From Pseudomonadota bacterium (GTDB taxonomy: Bacteria > Myxococcota > JACRCW01 > JAFGSX01): DNA of 64,000 nucleotides. Under the pieces are notes generated by a model. It saw only the letters and a list, made by a program, of their open reading frames with translations, did not search any database and was not told the origin of the DNA. The stretch is from NCBI GenBank assembly GCA_043821645.1, contig JBDRCO010000023.1:128001-192000 (forward strand). Reading direction: 5' to 3'. The stretch's first letter is position 1. The number at the start of each line of letters is the position of its first letter. Positions 1-8,920 of the stretch are shown here, one piece after another. Made by a program: the position numbers and the translations under genes.

Positions 1-608
1 CGACCGGCCAGGGCCCCGACGTCCTCAATCGAACCTGGCAGGGCCCGGACATCGATCAGGACGCTCGCCTCCGCGGGCAGACCGTCGCCGTAGGCAAAGG
101 GCACCACGTCGATCGCCAGGGCATCGTCCGTGGTGACTCCGAGCGCGCGCCGGATCGCGCGCCGCAGCTCGTGGACATTGAGATGCGTGGTATCGATGAC
201 GACGCTGGCCCGTTCGCGGAGGGGAGCCAGGACCTGGCGCTCCCGGACCAGCGCAGCCGCCAGGTCGGTCACTCCGTCGACCAGGGGGTGAGGCCGCCCG
301 GTGCCCGCGAAGCGGTGATCGAGCTCCGCGTCGTCGGCCTCGAGGAACAGCAGATCCACCCCGTACCCGCGCATGCGCAAGGCGTCGACGAGCGTGGGCA
401 GCATGGGGACCAGGGCAGGATCCCGCACATCACAGACCGCCGCCAGCCGCTGCAGGGCTCCACCCGCGCGCTGTGCCAGCTCGAGCAACTTCTCAAGCAA
501 AGGCAGGGGCAGGTTGTCGACGCTCCAGAACTGCAAGTCCTCGAGTGCGTGCATGGCGGTGGACTTGCCAGCGCCCGACAGACCCGTGACGAACACGAAC
601 CGTGGCAT
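1..608 (-). CDS. rapZ: RNase adapter protein RapZ (YvcJ family P-loop protein), 3' end runs off the window
   Basis: Not in the ORF track. Manual translation from ATG at 608 gives MPRFVFVTGLSGAGKSTAMHALEDLQFWSVDNLP, the RapZ Walker A plus DNLP motif. It lies directly downstream of hprK. An alternative TTG start at 641 overlaps the hprK stop. Confidence 0.92.
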   Translation of the reverse strand, partial: MPRFVFVTGLSGAGKSTAMHALEDLQFWSVDNLPLPLLEKLLELAQRAGGALQRLAAVCDVRDPALVPMLPTLVDALRMRGYGVDLLFLEADDAELDHRFAGTGRPHPLVDGVTDLAAALVRERQVLAPLRERASVVIDTTHLNVHELRRAIRRALGVTTDDALAIDVVPFAYGDGLPAEASVLIDVRALPGSIEDVGALAG

Positions 609-637
609 CGGGCGGGACCTCTCCGGTGGGTCGGGGC

Positions 638-1603
638 TCAATCGATATCCGTCGCCATGTAGCGTGCCAGACGGTGCGAGGCGAGCACCTTGTTCAGGCG
701 CTCCTCGAACTCCCGTGCCGAATTGTGGCCCTCGAACTTGAGCAGCTGGTTGCGCGCCGCCACTTCGACGATGGAGGCGATGTTGCGCCCGGGCTGCACG
801 GGAATGGTGATCAGCGGTACTTCCACGTCGAGGATGGGAAAGCTGCGCTCCTCGATCCCCAGGCGTTCATACTCCTCGTCCTCGCGCCACTGCACCAGCT
901 CGACCACCAGCTCGATGCGCTTGCGATCCCGGACCGCGGCGATGCCAAGCAGATCCTTGAGATTGAGGATCCCAAGGCCACGAACCTCGATGTGGTGCTT
1001 GACCAGCTCGGCACCCGAGCCGTAGATGATGCTGGGGCCGCGGCGCTTCACGTGCACGACGTCATCCGCCACGAGGCGGTGCCCGCGCATCACCAGATCG
1101 AGGGCGCACTCACTCTTGCCTATACCGCTGCGCCCGAGCAGAAGAACCCCCACACTGAACACCTCGAGCAGCACGCCATGCATGCTGGTCGATGGTGCCA
1201 GGTGTTCGCCCAGAAAAGCTTGCAGGTTGCTGATGAAGGCGCTGGTGAGCAAGGTCGACGAGAACAGCGGGACCGTCTCGCGTTCACAGGCCTCGCGCAG
1301 CTCCGGGGGGACGGTGAGGCCCTTGGTGACCACGACGCAGGCGAGACCCAGGCCGGCGAAGGTATCGCAGGCCCTGCGGCGTGCCTCGACGTCGAGCGAA
1401 CGCAGGTAGGATATCTCGGTGTTGCCAAGAATCTGCACCCGCCGCCGGTGCACGAAGCCGGTGAACCCGGCCAGGGCCAGGCCGTACTTCTGCACGCGGG
1501 TGTGATCGATCACTCGGTCCAGACCCGTGGCGCCGGCGAGCTGGTGCAGGTCCAGGTTGAACTCCCGGTCTCTGGCCAGCTCCTCGACACGAATGGTCAT
1601 CAT
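638..1603 (-). CDS. hprK: HPr(Ser) kinase/phosphorylase
   Basis: GRSGIGKSECALDLVMRGHRLVADD, HIEVRGLGI and PGRN motifs. Start trimmed to ATG at 1603 (MMTIRVEEL). Confidence 0.95.
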   Translation of the reverse strand: MMTIRVEELARDREFNLDLHQLAGATGLDRVIDHTRVQKYGLALAGFTGFVHRRRVQILGNTEISYLRSLDVEARRRACDTFAGLGLACVVVTKGLTVPPELREACERETVPLFSSTLLTSAFISNLQAFLGEHLAPSTSMHGVLLEVFSVGVLLLGRSGIGKSECALDLVMRGHRLVADDVVHVKRRGPSIIYGSGAELVKHHIEVRGLGILNLKDLLGIAAVRDRKRIELVVELVQWREDEEYERLGIEERSFPILDVEVPLITIPVQPGRNIASIVEVAARNQLLKFEGHNSAREFEERLNKVLASHRLARYMATDID

Positions 1604-1673
1604 GCGTGCTGCTCTCCGCTCGACGTCGCCGGCAGCATAGCATCGGCGGCACGCGCCTGACCATGCACAGCCA

Positions 1674-2936
1674 TCAGCGGTGGCGCCCGACCCGGCGCAG
1701 GCCGGGTGCCATGCCTCGCCACAGCGCCAGCGCCAGGGGCGTCCGCGAGCGCTGATCGGCCCCGAGGCACAGCACGTCCACCTGCCCTGCGGTCTCGTCT
1801 CTGTCCGCCATGGCAACGAGGATCTCCTCGCAGCCCAGGGCGGCAGCATAGGCCCCACCGTCCACCGCATCACAGCTTTCAAGCAGCGCAGTGCGGACGT
1901 CGGCGCGCAGGTGCTGCCAGGCCGGGACCGAGCACTGGCGAGCGACCTCGTGGCGGGGCACCTCGCGGGGCAACAGGGCAGACACGGGATCTTCCACGTC
2001 GGGATCCAGGGCCAGGCGATGCCCTTCGGCGTGTCTGAGCAGCGTGGACCTCCAGACGCCGGGCCGCCGGGCCTGCCCCAGAGTCGCGATGACCACCCGC
2101 AGGGGCGGTTCCCGGCCACTCCGAGCCACAGCCTGCAACGCGAGGCGGTGGGGAGGACACACCAGGATCTGGGTGCCATCACGCCGCAGCGCGGTGAGGA
2201 CATTGCGAAGTCGAAGATCCACCGCGGACAGGTCGAGCGCAGCGGGATCGATACGCACGACGGACGCCGGGCCGCGGGTGACGCCACAGAGCGCCTCCTG
2301 GTCGGCACGCTCCTCGCGCAGCCGTGGCTCCAGGGCCAGCAGGTCATCCAGAACGTCGTAGCGATCATCGTCGTCCCGCAGGCTGTCACCGCGCTGAGCC
2401 GCGAAGGCATCGAGGTTCCCGGCCACGTCGCGGACGTAGGGCGACACCACATCGACCACCGGGATGCCCTGGGCAACGAGGAGCAGCCAGCGGCCACGGG
2501 TCGGCACCAGCCCGTCGAGCACGGGCGGTGAAAAGCGCGCACGCAGCGTCGTGCCCTGCACCAGGTCCGCACAGAGCTCGGGGGTCAAGCCGAGGTGAGA
2601 CGTGAGCACACCCACCCGATCGGCGGGCAGGACTTGCAGGGCGTGACTCAGGAGACCCACTGCCTCCGCGGCACGCGCCACCACGGTCGCCGTATCTTCG
2701 GGCCCGCAGTGCCAGGTCACCTCCGCGTCGCCGTGCGCTCCCAGCACCAGGTGCCCCGCGGGCAGTCTCCCCTCGGGCTGGGCGCAGCTGCGGATGCGCT
2801 CCACCAGCGCCTCGACGGCGACAGGTGGCGTTTCCACGAAGAGCGGCGCCAACCTTGCCAGCTCGGTGGCGGTCAGCGCATCGCCATCGACGACGGCCTC
2901 CACCAGGCGCTGCAGTCGGATCAGGGGATCAGACAT
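1674..2936 (-). CDS. Hypothetical protein (weak resemblance to DUF6909-type proteins)
   Basis: 420 aa ORF co-oriented upstream of hprK with a protein-like composition. The family resemblance is from memory only. Confidence 0.6.
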   Translation of the reverse strand: MSDPLIRLQRLVEAVVDGDALTATELARLAPLFVETPPVAVEALVERIRSCAQPEGRLPAGHLVLGAHGDAEVTWHCGPEDTATVVARAAEAVGLLSHALQVLPADRVGVLTSHLGLTPELCADLVQGTTLRARFSPPVLDGLVPTRGRWLLLVAQGIPVVDVVSPYVRDVAGNLDAFAAQRGDSLRDDDDRYDVLDDLLALEPRLREERADQEALCGVTRGPASVVRIDPAALDLSAVDLRLRNVLTALRRDGTQILVCPPHRLALQAVARSGREPPLRVVIATLGQARRPGVWRSTLLRHAEGHRLALDPDVEDPVSALLPREVPRHEVARQCSVPAWQHLRADVRTALLESCDAVDGGAYAAALGCEEILVAMADRDETAGQVDVLCLGADQRSRTPLALALWRGMAPGLRRVGRHR

Positions 2937-3190
2937 CGCACGCTCCGTGCTGCGCCCGCCGCGAGTGGCTTGACCCGTGCGCAGGGCGCGTGCAGTAATC
3001 TCTCAGGCTCCCGTCGGTGGTGCAAGCTGGCAGGTTTCCACATGGCACGGCCCCCTCAGGTCGTGTCGAGGGACGGGTGGATCCTGGCCAGGCCGGGGTC
3101 AAGCCGGAAGCGCATCGGGACCACCCTCGGTGCTCCCAGGTTCGGTGGCGTCGGCGATGTTGACTGGCGCTCGCGTGAAAGGAGTTCCTC

Positions 3191-4237
3191 ATGGGGGAGC
3201 GGATCGCCGTTTTTGGTGCCGGTAGCTTTGGCACGGCCCTGGCCAAGCTGCTCGCGGAAAACGGCCACACGGTCACGGTGTGGAGCATCGAGGCGGATGT
3301 GGTCGAGGGGATCAACCGCGAGCACAGGAATCCGACCTATCTGAGTCAGGTCAAGCTACCGACGGGGCTGACCGCCACCGGCGAACTCGCCGAGGCTCTC
3401 GACGGCGCGCGTTATGTGGTCTCGGTCGTGCCCTCACACGTGACCCGCGTGACCCTGGAGAAGGCGCTGCCGCACCTGCCGCCCGACGTCATCGTGGTCA
3501 ACGCCGCCAAGGGTATCGAGAACGACTCCCTGATGACCATGGCCGAGGTGTTCGAGTCCCTGCTCCCCCCGGAGTTCCACGAACGAATCGCGCACCTCTC
3601 CGGCCCCACCTTTGCCCTGGAGCTGGCACGACGGATTCCCACCGCGGTGACCGTCGCGTCGCGTCACGAACCCACGGCCGAGAAGGTTCAGCAGCTCATC
3701 AGCACGGACTACTTCCGTGCCTACACCACCACCGATGTGATCGGCGTCGAGCTGTGCGGCTCGGTCAAGAATGTCATCGCCATCGCGGCAGGGTGCGCCG
3801 ACGGCCTGGGCTTCGGCCACAACACGCGAGCGGCACTCATCACCCGAGGCCTCGCCGAGATCACCAGGCTGGCCATCAAGCTCGGTGCCCACCCGTTGAC
3901 CATGGCGGGCCTCGCCGGTGTCGGCGACCTGTTCCTCACCTGCTCGGCTTCGCTGTCACGCAACCGCACGGTGGGCTTCGAACTCGGACAGGGCAAGACC
4001 CTGGACGATATCCTCAAAAATCTCGGCCAGGTGGCAGAGGGCGTGCGCACCGCGCGCAGTGTCCACGATCTGTGCGCCCGCGAGCAGGTGGAAATGCCCA
4101 TCAGCGAGGCCGTCTTCACCTTGCTGTTCGAGCACAAGGATGCCAAGGACGTGGTCTACGAGCTCATGGGGCGCCGCCTCAAGTCCGAGGCCGCGGACCT
4201 GATGGGCGCCCTGCGCCCGGAGACGGCCCCGGCGTGA
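3191..4237 (+). CDS. gpsA: NAD(P)H-dependent glycerol-3-phosphate dehydrogenase
   Basis: GAGSFGTALA, LSGPTFA, KNVIAIAAG and GDLFLTC...SRN motifs. GGAG RBS upstream. Confidence 0.97.
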   Translation: MGERIAVFGAGSFGTALAKLLAENGHTVTVWSIEADVVEGINREHRNPTYLSQVKLPTGLTATGELAEALDGARYVVSVVPSHVTRVTLEKALPHLPPDVIVVNAAKGIENDSLMTMAEVFESLLPPEFHERIAHLSGPTFALELARRIPTAVTVASRHEPTAEKVQQLISTDYFRAYTTTDVIGVELCGSVKNVIAIAAGCADGLGFGHNTRAALITRGLAEITRLAIKLGAHPLTMAGLAGVGDLFLTCSASLSRNRTVGFELGQGKTLDDILKNLGQVAEGVRTARSVHDLCAREQVEMPISEAVFTLLFEHKDAKDVVYELMGRRLKSEAADLMGALRPETAPA

Positions 4238-4286
4238 GTCGATGGCAGCAGGCGGTATCGACCGGTGCGCCTGCGCGGGAGGTCAC

Positions 4287-4883
4287 ATGACGACACTGTT
4301 GTGCGCGGTTCTGGTCCTGGCAGCGAAACCCGCGCCAAGCTTCGAGACACTCAAGGATGGCGCCGCAGTGCTGGAGAGACCCGGCGCTGCCACCGCAGCC
4401 CTGGTCGGCGAGTGCTCCCAGGACGATCCCGAACTCCAGATCCAGTGCCAGGAAAACATCAAGACAGCGCGCCAGGATCACCTGGACAAGCGTTACTACA
4501 TCGACCTCGGAGCCGGACACCAGGATCTGCTCGCCTTCGAGGCCCTTCGAGGCAGCAGTGCACGCTTCTTGTGGGTTCCCATGTATGACCCCGGCAATGG
4601 TCTGGCGCTGACCGCCGTCAAGCCGGGTGCGCTCACCAAGGACGGATGGCCGGTCCTCAAGAAGAAGGTGCTCGACGGCGCCGCACCCAAGGGACAGCTC
4701 GCTTCCGACCTGACCAGGCTCGCGCGGCTGGGTCAGATCAACATCGAGATCATCGGCCGCTTCGGCAAGACCTGGGCTCTGACCCACAAGGGCAAGAAGG
4801 TCCAGGGCGTGGTTTTCGAGATCCAGGCGGTGCGGCTTTCGCAGGCACGCACCGGCGAGACTGTCATCGAGACGCTATATTGA
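4287..4883 (+). CDS. Secreted hypothetical protein (myxobacterial DUF6066-like)
   Basis: GGAGG RBS before ATG 4287, signal-peptide-like N-terminus and a Cys pair. Sits between gpsA and def. Confidence 0.7.
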   Translation: MTTLLCAVLVLAAKPAPSFETLKDGAAVLERPGAATAALVGECSQDDPELQIQCQENIKTARQDHLDKRYYIDLGAGHQDLLAFEALRGSSARFLWVPMYDPGNGLALTAVKPGALTKDGWPVLKKKVLDGAAPKGQLASDLTRLARLGQINIEIIGRFGKTWALTHKGKKVQGVVFEIQAVRLSQARTGETVIETLY

Positions 4884-4949
4884 CCCGTGTCGCGTCGCCC
4901 CGAAGAGGACGACGCCTTGTTCCATTCCTAGCGGGGGAGAGGCCGCCTC

Positions 4950-5489
4950 ATGGCCCAGCGTGAGATCTTGATCTGGCCGGACCCGCGTCTCAAAAAAGTC
5001 TCCGAGCCTGTACGTGTCTTCGACGACGAGTTGCATGCGCTGGCCGATGACATGTTGCAGACCATGTACAGCGAGGACGGCATCGGTCTCGCCGCGCCGC
5101 AAATCGGGGTGCACCGGCGGATGATCGTCATCGACATCTTCGCCGGTCGCGAGGAGCGTCCCGCGGATGCGGTTCCCCTGGTCGTGATCAACCCCGAGTT
5201 CCTGGACAAGAGCGGCACCATCGTGTGGGAGGAGGGTTGTCTGTCTGTCCCCGGCGAGACCGGCGAGATCAAGCGGGCCCGTCAGGTCCGGGTGCGCTAT
5301 CAGGATCTGGAGGGTGCCACCCAGGAGATCGAGGCCCAGGACCTGCTGGCGGTGGCCCTCCAGCACGAGACCGATCACCTCGACGGTCTGCTGTTCGTGG
5401 ATCACCTGTCCAAGCTCAAGCGCGACGTCATCCGCCGCAAGATGCAGCGCCTGAAAGAAGAGCTGGAAGAAGAGCAGGCCGCGGGCTGA
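4950..5489 (+). CDS. def: Peptide deformylase
   Basis: GIGLAAPQIG, EGCLS and QHETDHL motifs. Confidence 0.98.
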   Translation: MAQREILIWPDPRLKKVSEPVRVFDDELHALADDMLQTMYSEDGIGLAAPQIGVHRRMIVIDIFAGREERPADAVPLVVINPEFLDKSGTIVWEEGCLSVPGETGEIKRARQVRVRYQDLEGATQEIEAQDLLAVALQHETDHLDGLLFVDHLSKLKRDVIRRKMQRLKEELEEEQAAG

Positions 5490-5499
5490 CAGCCCTGAC

Positions 5500-6339
5500 T
5501 CACATCACCACGAGTTCCATGGAGCTGTCGATGATCAGCGCCGACCCCTTCTCGAGGCGCTGCCAGCTCTCGGGAAAGTCGTGCACATCCGAGGCCACGA
5601 AGATGCCGCGGAAGCGCTGGTGGGATTCCCGCACACCAAAGGACACGTCCTCGTCGCGGCCACCGGCATAGCACAGCTCGCAATCCGGAATGCTGTCGCG
5701 CTGGGAATAGGCCACAGGCTCGCCCTGCCGCAGCACGAACATGCGGTGGCCATCCGTGGTGATCACGTTGGGCCCGCACACTTCCTGGATGCCGAGTTCG
5801 CCGGCCATGGCGTGGGCCTCCTCCAGGGTCGAGCGCAGGGCGGCCAGGGCGCCACTCGGATCACGGCTCCCATCCAGCTGATCCGCCTCGTGCAGACGCC
5901 ACAGAAACCGGTGAAAGAGTGCTTCCGCGCAGGTGTACCCCTGCACATCACGACGCAGGAAGTCGGGTATGCCGTCGAGCAGCCGCAAGCGGACTTCCTC
6001 CTGCTGACCCTCGCCCGGTGGCAGGCCACCGGTCATGGCCATCGCCCACTGCCGCAACTTGAAGGGCTGCAGGTCCCGCGCCGGAACCTTGGGCGGCTCC
6101 TCGGGGAAGGTGTGTGCCAGCACAACGCGGGAGTGCAGACCACCCACAAAGGACGCAAAGGGCTGCGCCTGGGTCGTCACGCTCGGCCGGCGATTGAGAA
6201 GCACGGCGTCGTCGGTGTAGTGGGCCACACCGTATCCCTGGCCCTGACCTGCCACGAGGGTCGTGCGCAGCTGATGCAGGGCACAGGCGAGGCGCTCGCG
6301 GTCGGTTCCGACATAGCCGACCATCCGACAGCTGACCAT
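5500..6339 (-). CDS. Class II glutamine amidotransferase-like (YafJ/EgtC-like) protein, probably degenerate
   Basis: N-terminal CRM, GYGVAHY, QPF, G.T..E and ASD pattern. The conserved HVR/HNG motifs are altered. Confidence 0.75.
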   Translation of the reverse strand: MVSCRMVGYVGTDRERLACALHQLRTTLVAGQGQGYGVAHYTDDAVLLNRRPSVTTQAQPFASFVGGLHSRVVLAHTFPEEPPKVPARDLQPFKLRQWAMAMTGGLPPGEGQQEEVRLRLLDGIPDFLRRDVQGYTCAEALFHRFLWRLHEADQLDGSRDPSGALAALRSTLEEAHAMAGELGIQEVCGPNVITTDGHRMFVLRQGEPVAYSQRDSIPDCELCYAGGRDEDVSFGVRESHQRFRGIFVASDVHDFPESWQRLEKGSALIIDSSMELVVM

Positions 6340-6619
6340 CTCGCATCCTCTTGTCCGGTGTCACTGGCGCGTCGACCGTGACAGCGTACTCTCACTCATG
6401 GTAGCGCGCACGATGCAGGGCCGCAATACAAGCTCCGGCACCCTTCCGCGTGCCAGGACCTTTTGCTAGCATGCGCCGGCGAGGGGAAACCTGCCCGCGA
6501 ACCACCACACGCGTGGGCGGGTTCACGGATTCCCGTGAAGCTCTTTGCTCGCACGAGCGACCGCCGGCGGCGGCACAGAGTGTGACCAGCAGGACGCGCC
6601 ACCGAGAACGAGGGTGACT

Positions 6620-8341
6620 ATGGGTGAGATCACGATGGGTATCGACCTCGGCACCTCCAACTCCTGCGTCGCCATTGTCGAGGAGGGACAGCCGACTGTC
6701 GTGGCCAACGAGTGGGGTGAGTTCATCCATGCCTCGGTGATCAGCTTTCTCGAGGACGGAACGGTCCTGGTCGGCAACGACGCCAAGCGACAGATGGTGG
6801 CCAACTACGACAACACCGTGTTCTCGGCCAAGCGTCTCATCGGACGCTTCTTCTTCTCGGAAGAGGTCAAGAAGGCGCTGGCGCTGGTGCCCTACCACAT
6901 CGTCGAGGGCCCCAATAACAGTGTACGCATCGCGGTGCGCGAGCAGGTCTACAGCCTGCCCGAACTCTCGGCGCTGATCCTCAAGGAGATGCGAGCCATC
7001 GTCGAGGGTCACGTCGGCAAGCGCGTGCGCAAGGCGGTGGTCACGGTCCCGGCCTACTTCAATGACAACCAGCGGCAAGCGACCAAGGACTCGGGCCGCA
7101 TCGCCGGTCTCGAGGTCATGCGCATCCTCAACGAGCCCACGGCAGCAGCCCTGGCCTACGGCTTTGGCCAGAACATCGCGCAGAACGTGGTGGTCTACGA
7201 CCTCGGTGGAGGGACCTTCGACGTCTCCATCCTCGAGATCGGCGCCGACGTGTTCGAGGTGATCTCCACCGCCGGCGACACCTACCTGGGTGGTGACGAC
7301 TTCGACGAGCGCATCGTGATGTGGCTGTGCGACCAGTTTCAGCAGGCCTTCCAGGTCGACCTGCGCCAGGATCGCTACGCCCTGGCCAAGATCAAGGAAG
7401 CCGCCGAGCGCGCCAAGATCGAGCTCAGCGAGGCCGAGACCGCACACATCCACGTTCCTCTGGTCTTCACCGACGCCGAGGGCTTCAGCTACGACCTCGA
7501 GGCCGACCTGCCGCGCACCCAGTTCAACCAGATGGTGATGGACATGGTGCAGCGCACGTTCAAGGTCTGCGACGAAGCCCTGCAGTCCGCCCGCCTGACG
7601 GCCAACGACATCGACGGCGTGATCCTGGTTGGCGGCCCGACCCGTCTACCCGTGGTGCGCAATTCGGTGCGTCACTACTTCCAGCGCGAGCCCAACGCCG
7701 AGATCGACCCCGATGTGGTGGTGGCCCTGGGCGCCGCCATCCAGGCCAACGCGCTCCTCGATGAGGGGACCTCGACCTTCTTGCTCGATGTCACGCCCTT
7801 GACCCTGCGCCTGGGCACCGTGGGCGGCTACTCCGAGTCCATCATCGAGAAGAACACTCCGATTCCCATCGACCGCACCCGCACCTTCACCACTGCGCGC
7901 GACAATCAGGACCGCGTGGTGATCAAGATCTTCCAGGGCGAGAGCCGGCGGACCGACGAGTGCACCCTCCTGGGGCAGTTCGAATTCTCGGGCCTGCGCC
8001 GGGCAGCCCGCGGCCTGGTCAAGATCGAGGTGACCTTCGAGATCGACACCGACGGCATCGTCAACGTGTCCGCGCGCGACGTGGACACGGGCCAGGAAGC
8101 CTCGACCACCATCAGTCTGTCGTCAGGCTTGACCGAGCAGGACATCGTGCAGGCCACCGAGAGGCAGGAGCAGATCCAGGTCGTGGATCGCTCCCCGGCG
8201 GATGGGAGCGCGCCCACGGCCCAGCTGCCCGCCCAGGGTGACAACGAGCTCACGGCGATGCTACCGGGTCAGGATGCCGGGGACGAACTCACGGCGCTGA
8301 TGGCGCAGGTGGCTGCGAGCCCCGACGTCGACGACGAATAG
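6620..8341 (+). CDS. Hsp70/DnaK-family chaperone paralog with acidic tail in place of the lid
   Basis: [38 protein letters not shown] and LLDVTPL motifs. Confidence 0.95.
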   Translation: MGEITMGIDLGTSNSCVAIVEEGQPTVVANEWGEFIHASVISFLEDGTVLVGNDAKRQMVANYDNTVFSAKRLIGRFFFSEEVKKALALVPYHIVEGPNNSVRIAVREQVYSLPELSALILKEMRAIVEGHVGKRVRKAVVTVPAYFNDNQRQATKDSGRIAGLEVMRILNEPTAAALAYGFGQNIAQNVVVYDLGGGTFDVSILEIGADVFEVISTAGDTYLGGDDFDERIVMWLCDQFQQAFQVDLRQDRYALAKIKEAAERAKIELSEAETAHIHVPLVFTDAEGFSYDLEADLPRTQFNQMVMDMVQRTFKVCDEALQSARLTANDIDGVILVGGPTRLPVVRNSVRHYFQREPNAEIDPDVVVALGAAIQANALLDEGTSTFLLDVTPLTLRLGTVGGYSESIIEKNTPIPIDRTRTFTTARDNQDRVVIKIFQGESRRTDECTLLGQFEFSGLRRAARGLVKIEVTFEIDTDGIVNVSARDVDTGQEASTTISLSSGLTEQDIVQATERQEQIQVVDRSPADGSAPTAQLPAQGDNELTAMLPGQDAGDELTALMAQVAASPDVDDE

Positions 8342-8364
8342 CCCACCGCCAGGAGAAGCAGGCC

Positions 8365-8913
8365 ATGGACTACACGCATCCCCAGTACCATCCCCAGCTC
8401 AAGCAGCTGGCCGCGCAGATCGACCAGCTCGACTACTTCGAGATCCTCAACCTCGCGCAGGATGCGACGCCTGCAGAGATCAAGTTGTCCTATTTTGATC
8501 AATCGCGCTCCCTGCATCCGGACCGTTTCTACCACCTGGCCGACGAGGAGCTGAAGCTGGCCATCCACAAGATCTACAAGCGGATCACCGAGTCCTACAT
8601 GGTGCTCAAGGATCCGGTGAAGCGCGTGAAGTACGCCCAGGATGTGAGTGGCCCCGAGCGGCTGTCGCGCCTGCGCTTCACCGAGGTGGCCGAGGAAGAG
8701 GTCAAAAAGGAGCGGGAGGACGCGCGCGAGGTCTGCAAGACGCCCAAGGGCCGCCAGCTGTGGCGGCAGGTCGATTCGGACATGCGCGCCGAGAAATGGG
8801 ACGCCGCCTTCCGCAACCTGCAGACCATCTCGCTGTGGGAGCCTCAGAACGAGGTCGTCCAGAAGCTCAAGGGCGAGGTGGACCGCAAGCGAAAAGGTCT
8901 CCCGCCGCTGTAG
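8365..8913 (+). CDS. J-domain co-chaperone
   Basis: DYFEIL...HPDRF J-domain motif. Starts 23 bp after the Hsp70 gene. Confidence 0.9.
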   Translation: MDYTHPQYHPQLKQLAAQIDQLDYFEILNLAQDATPAEIKLSYFDQSRSLHPDRFYHLADEELKLAIHKIYKRITESYMVLKDPVKRVKYAQDVSGPERLSRLRFTEVAEEEVKKEREDAREVCKTPKGRQLWRQVDSDMRAEKWDAAFRNLQTISLWEPQNEVVQKLKGEVDRKRKGLPPL

Positions 8914-8920
8914 TGCCAGC

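Noticed and set aside
1604-2572. N-terminal extension of hprK, and similarly over-long starts for thrA, thrC, the porin and the MBL protein in the ORF track
   Set aside because: The extensions overlap neighbouring genes or lack an RBS, and the family motifs start at the downstream codons.
3043-3058. TGGCACG upstream of gpsA as a sigma54 site
   Set aside because: It lacks GC at the -12 position.
6392-7453. 353-aa ORF antisense to Hsp70
   Set aside because: This is the well-known shadow ORF on the reverse strand of hsp70 genes, caused by codon bias.
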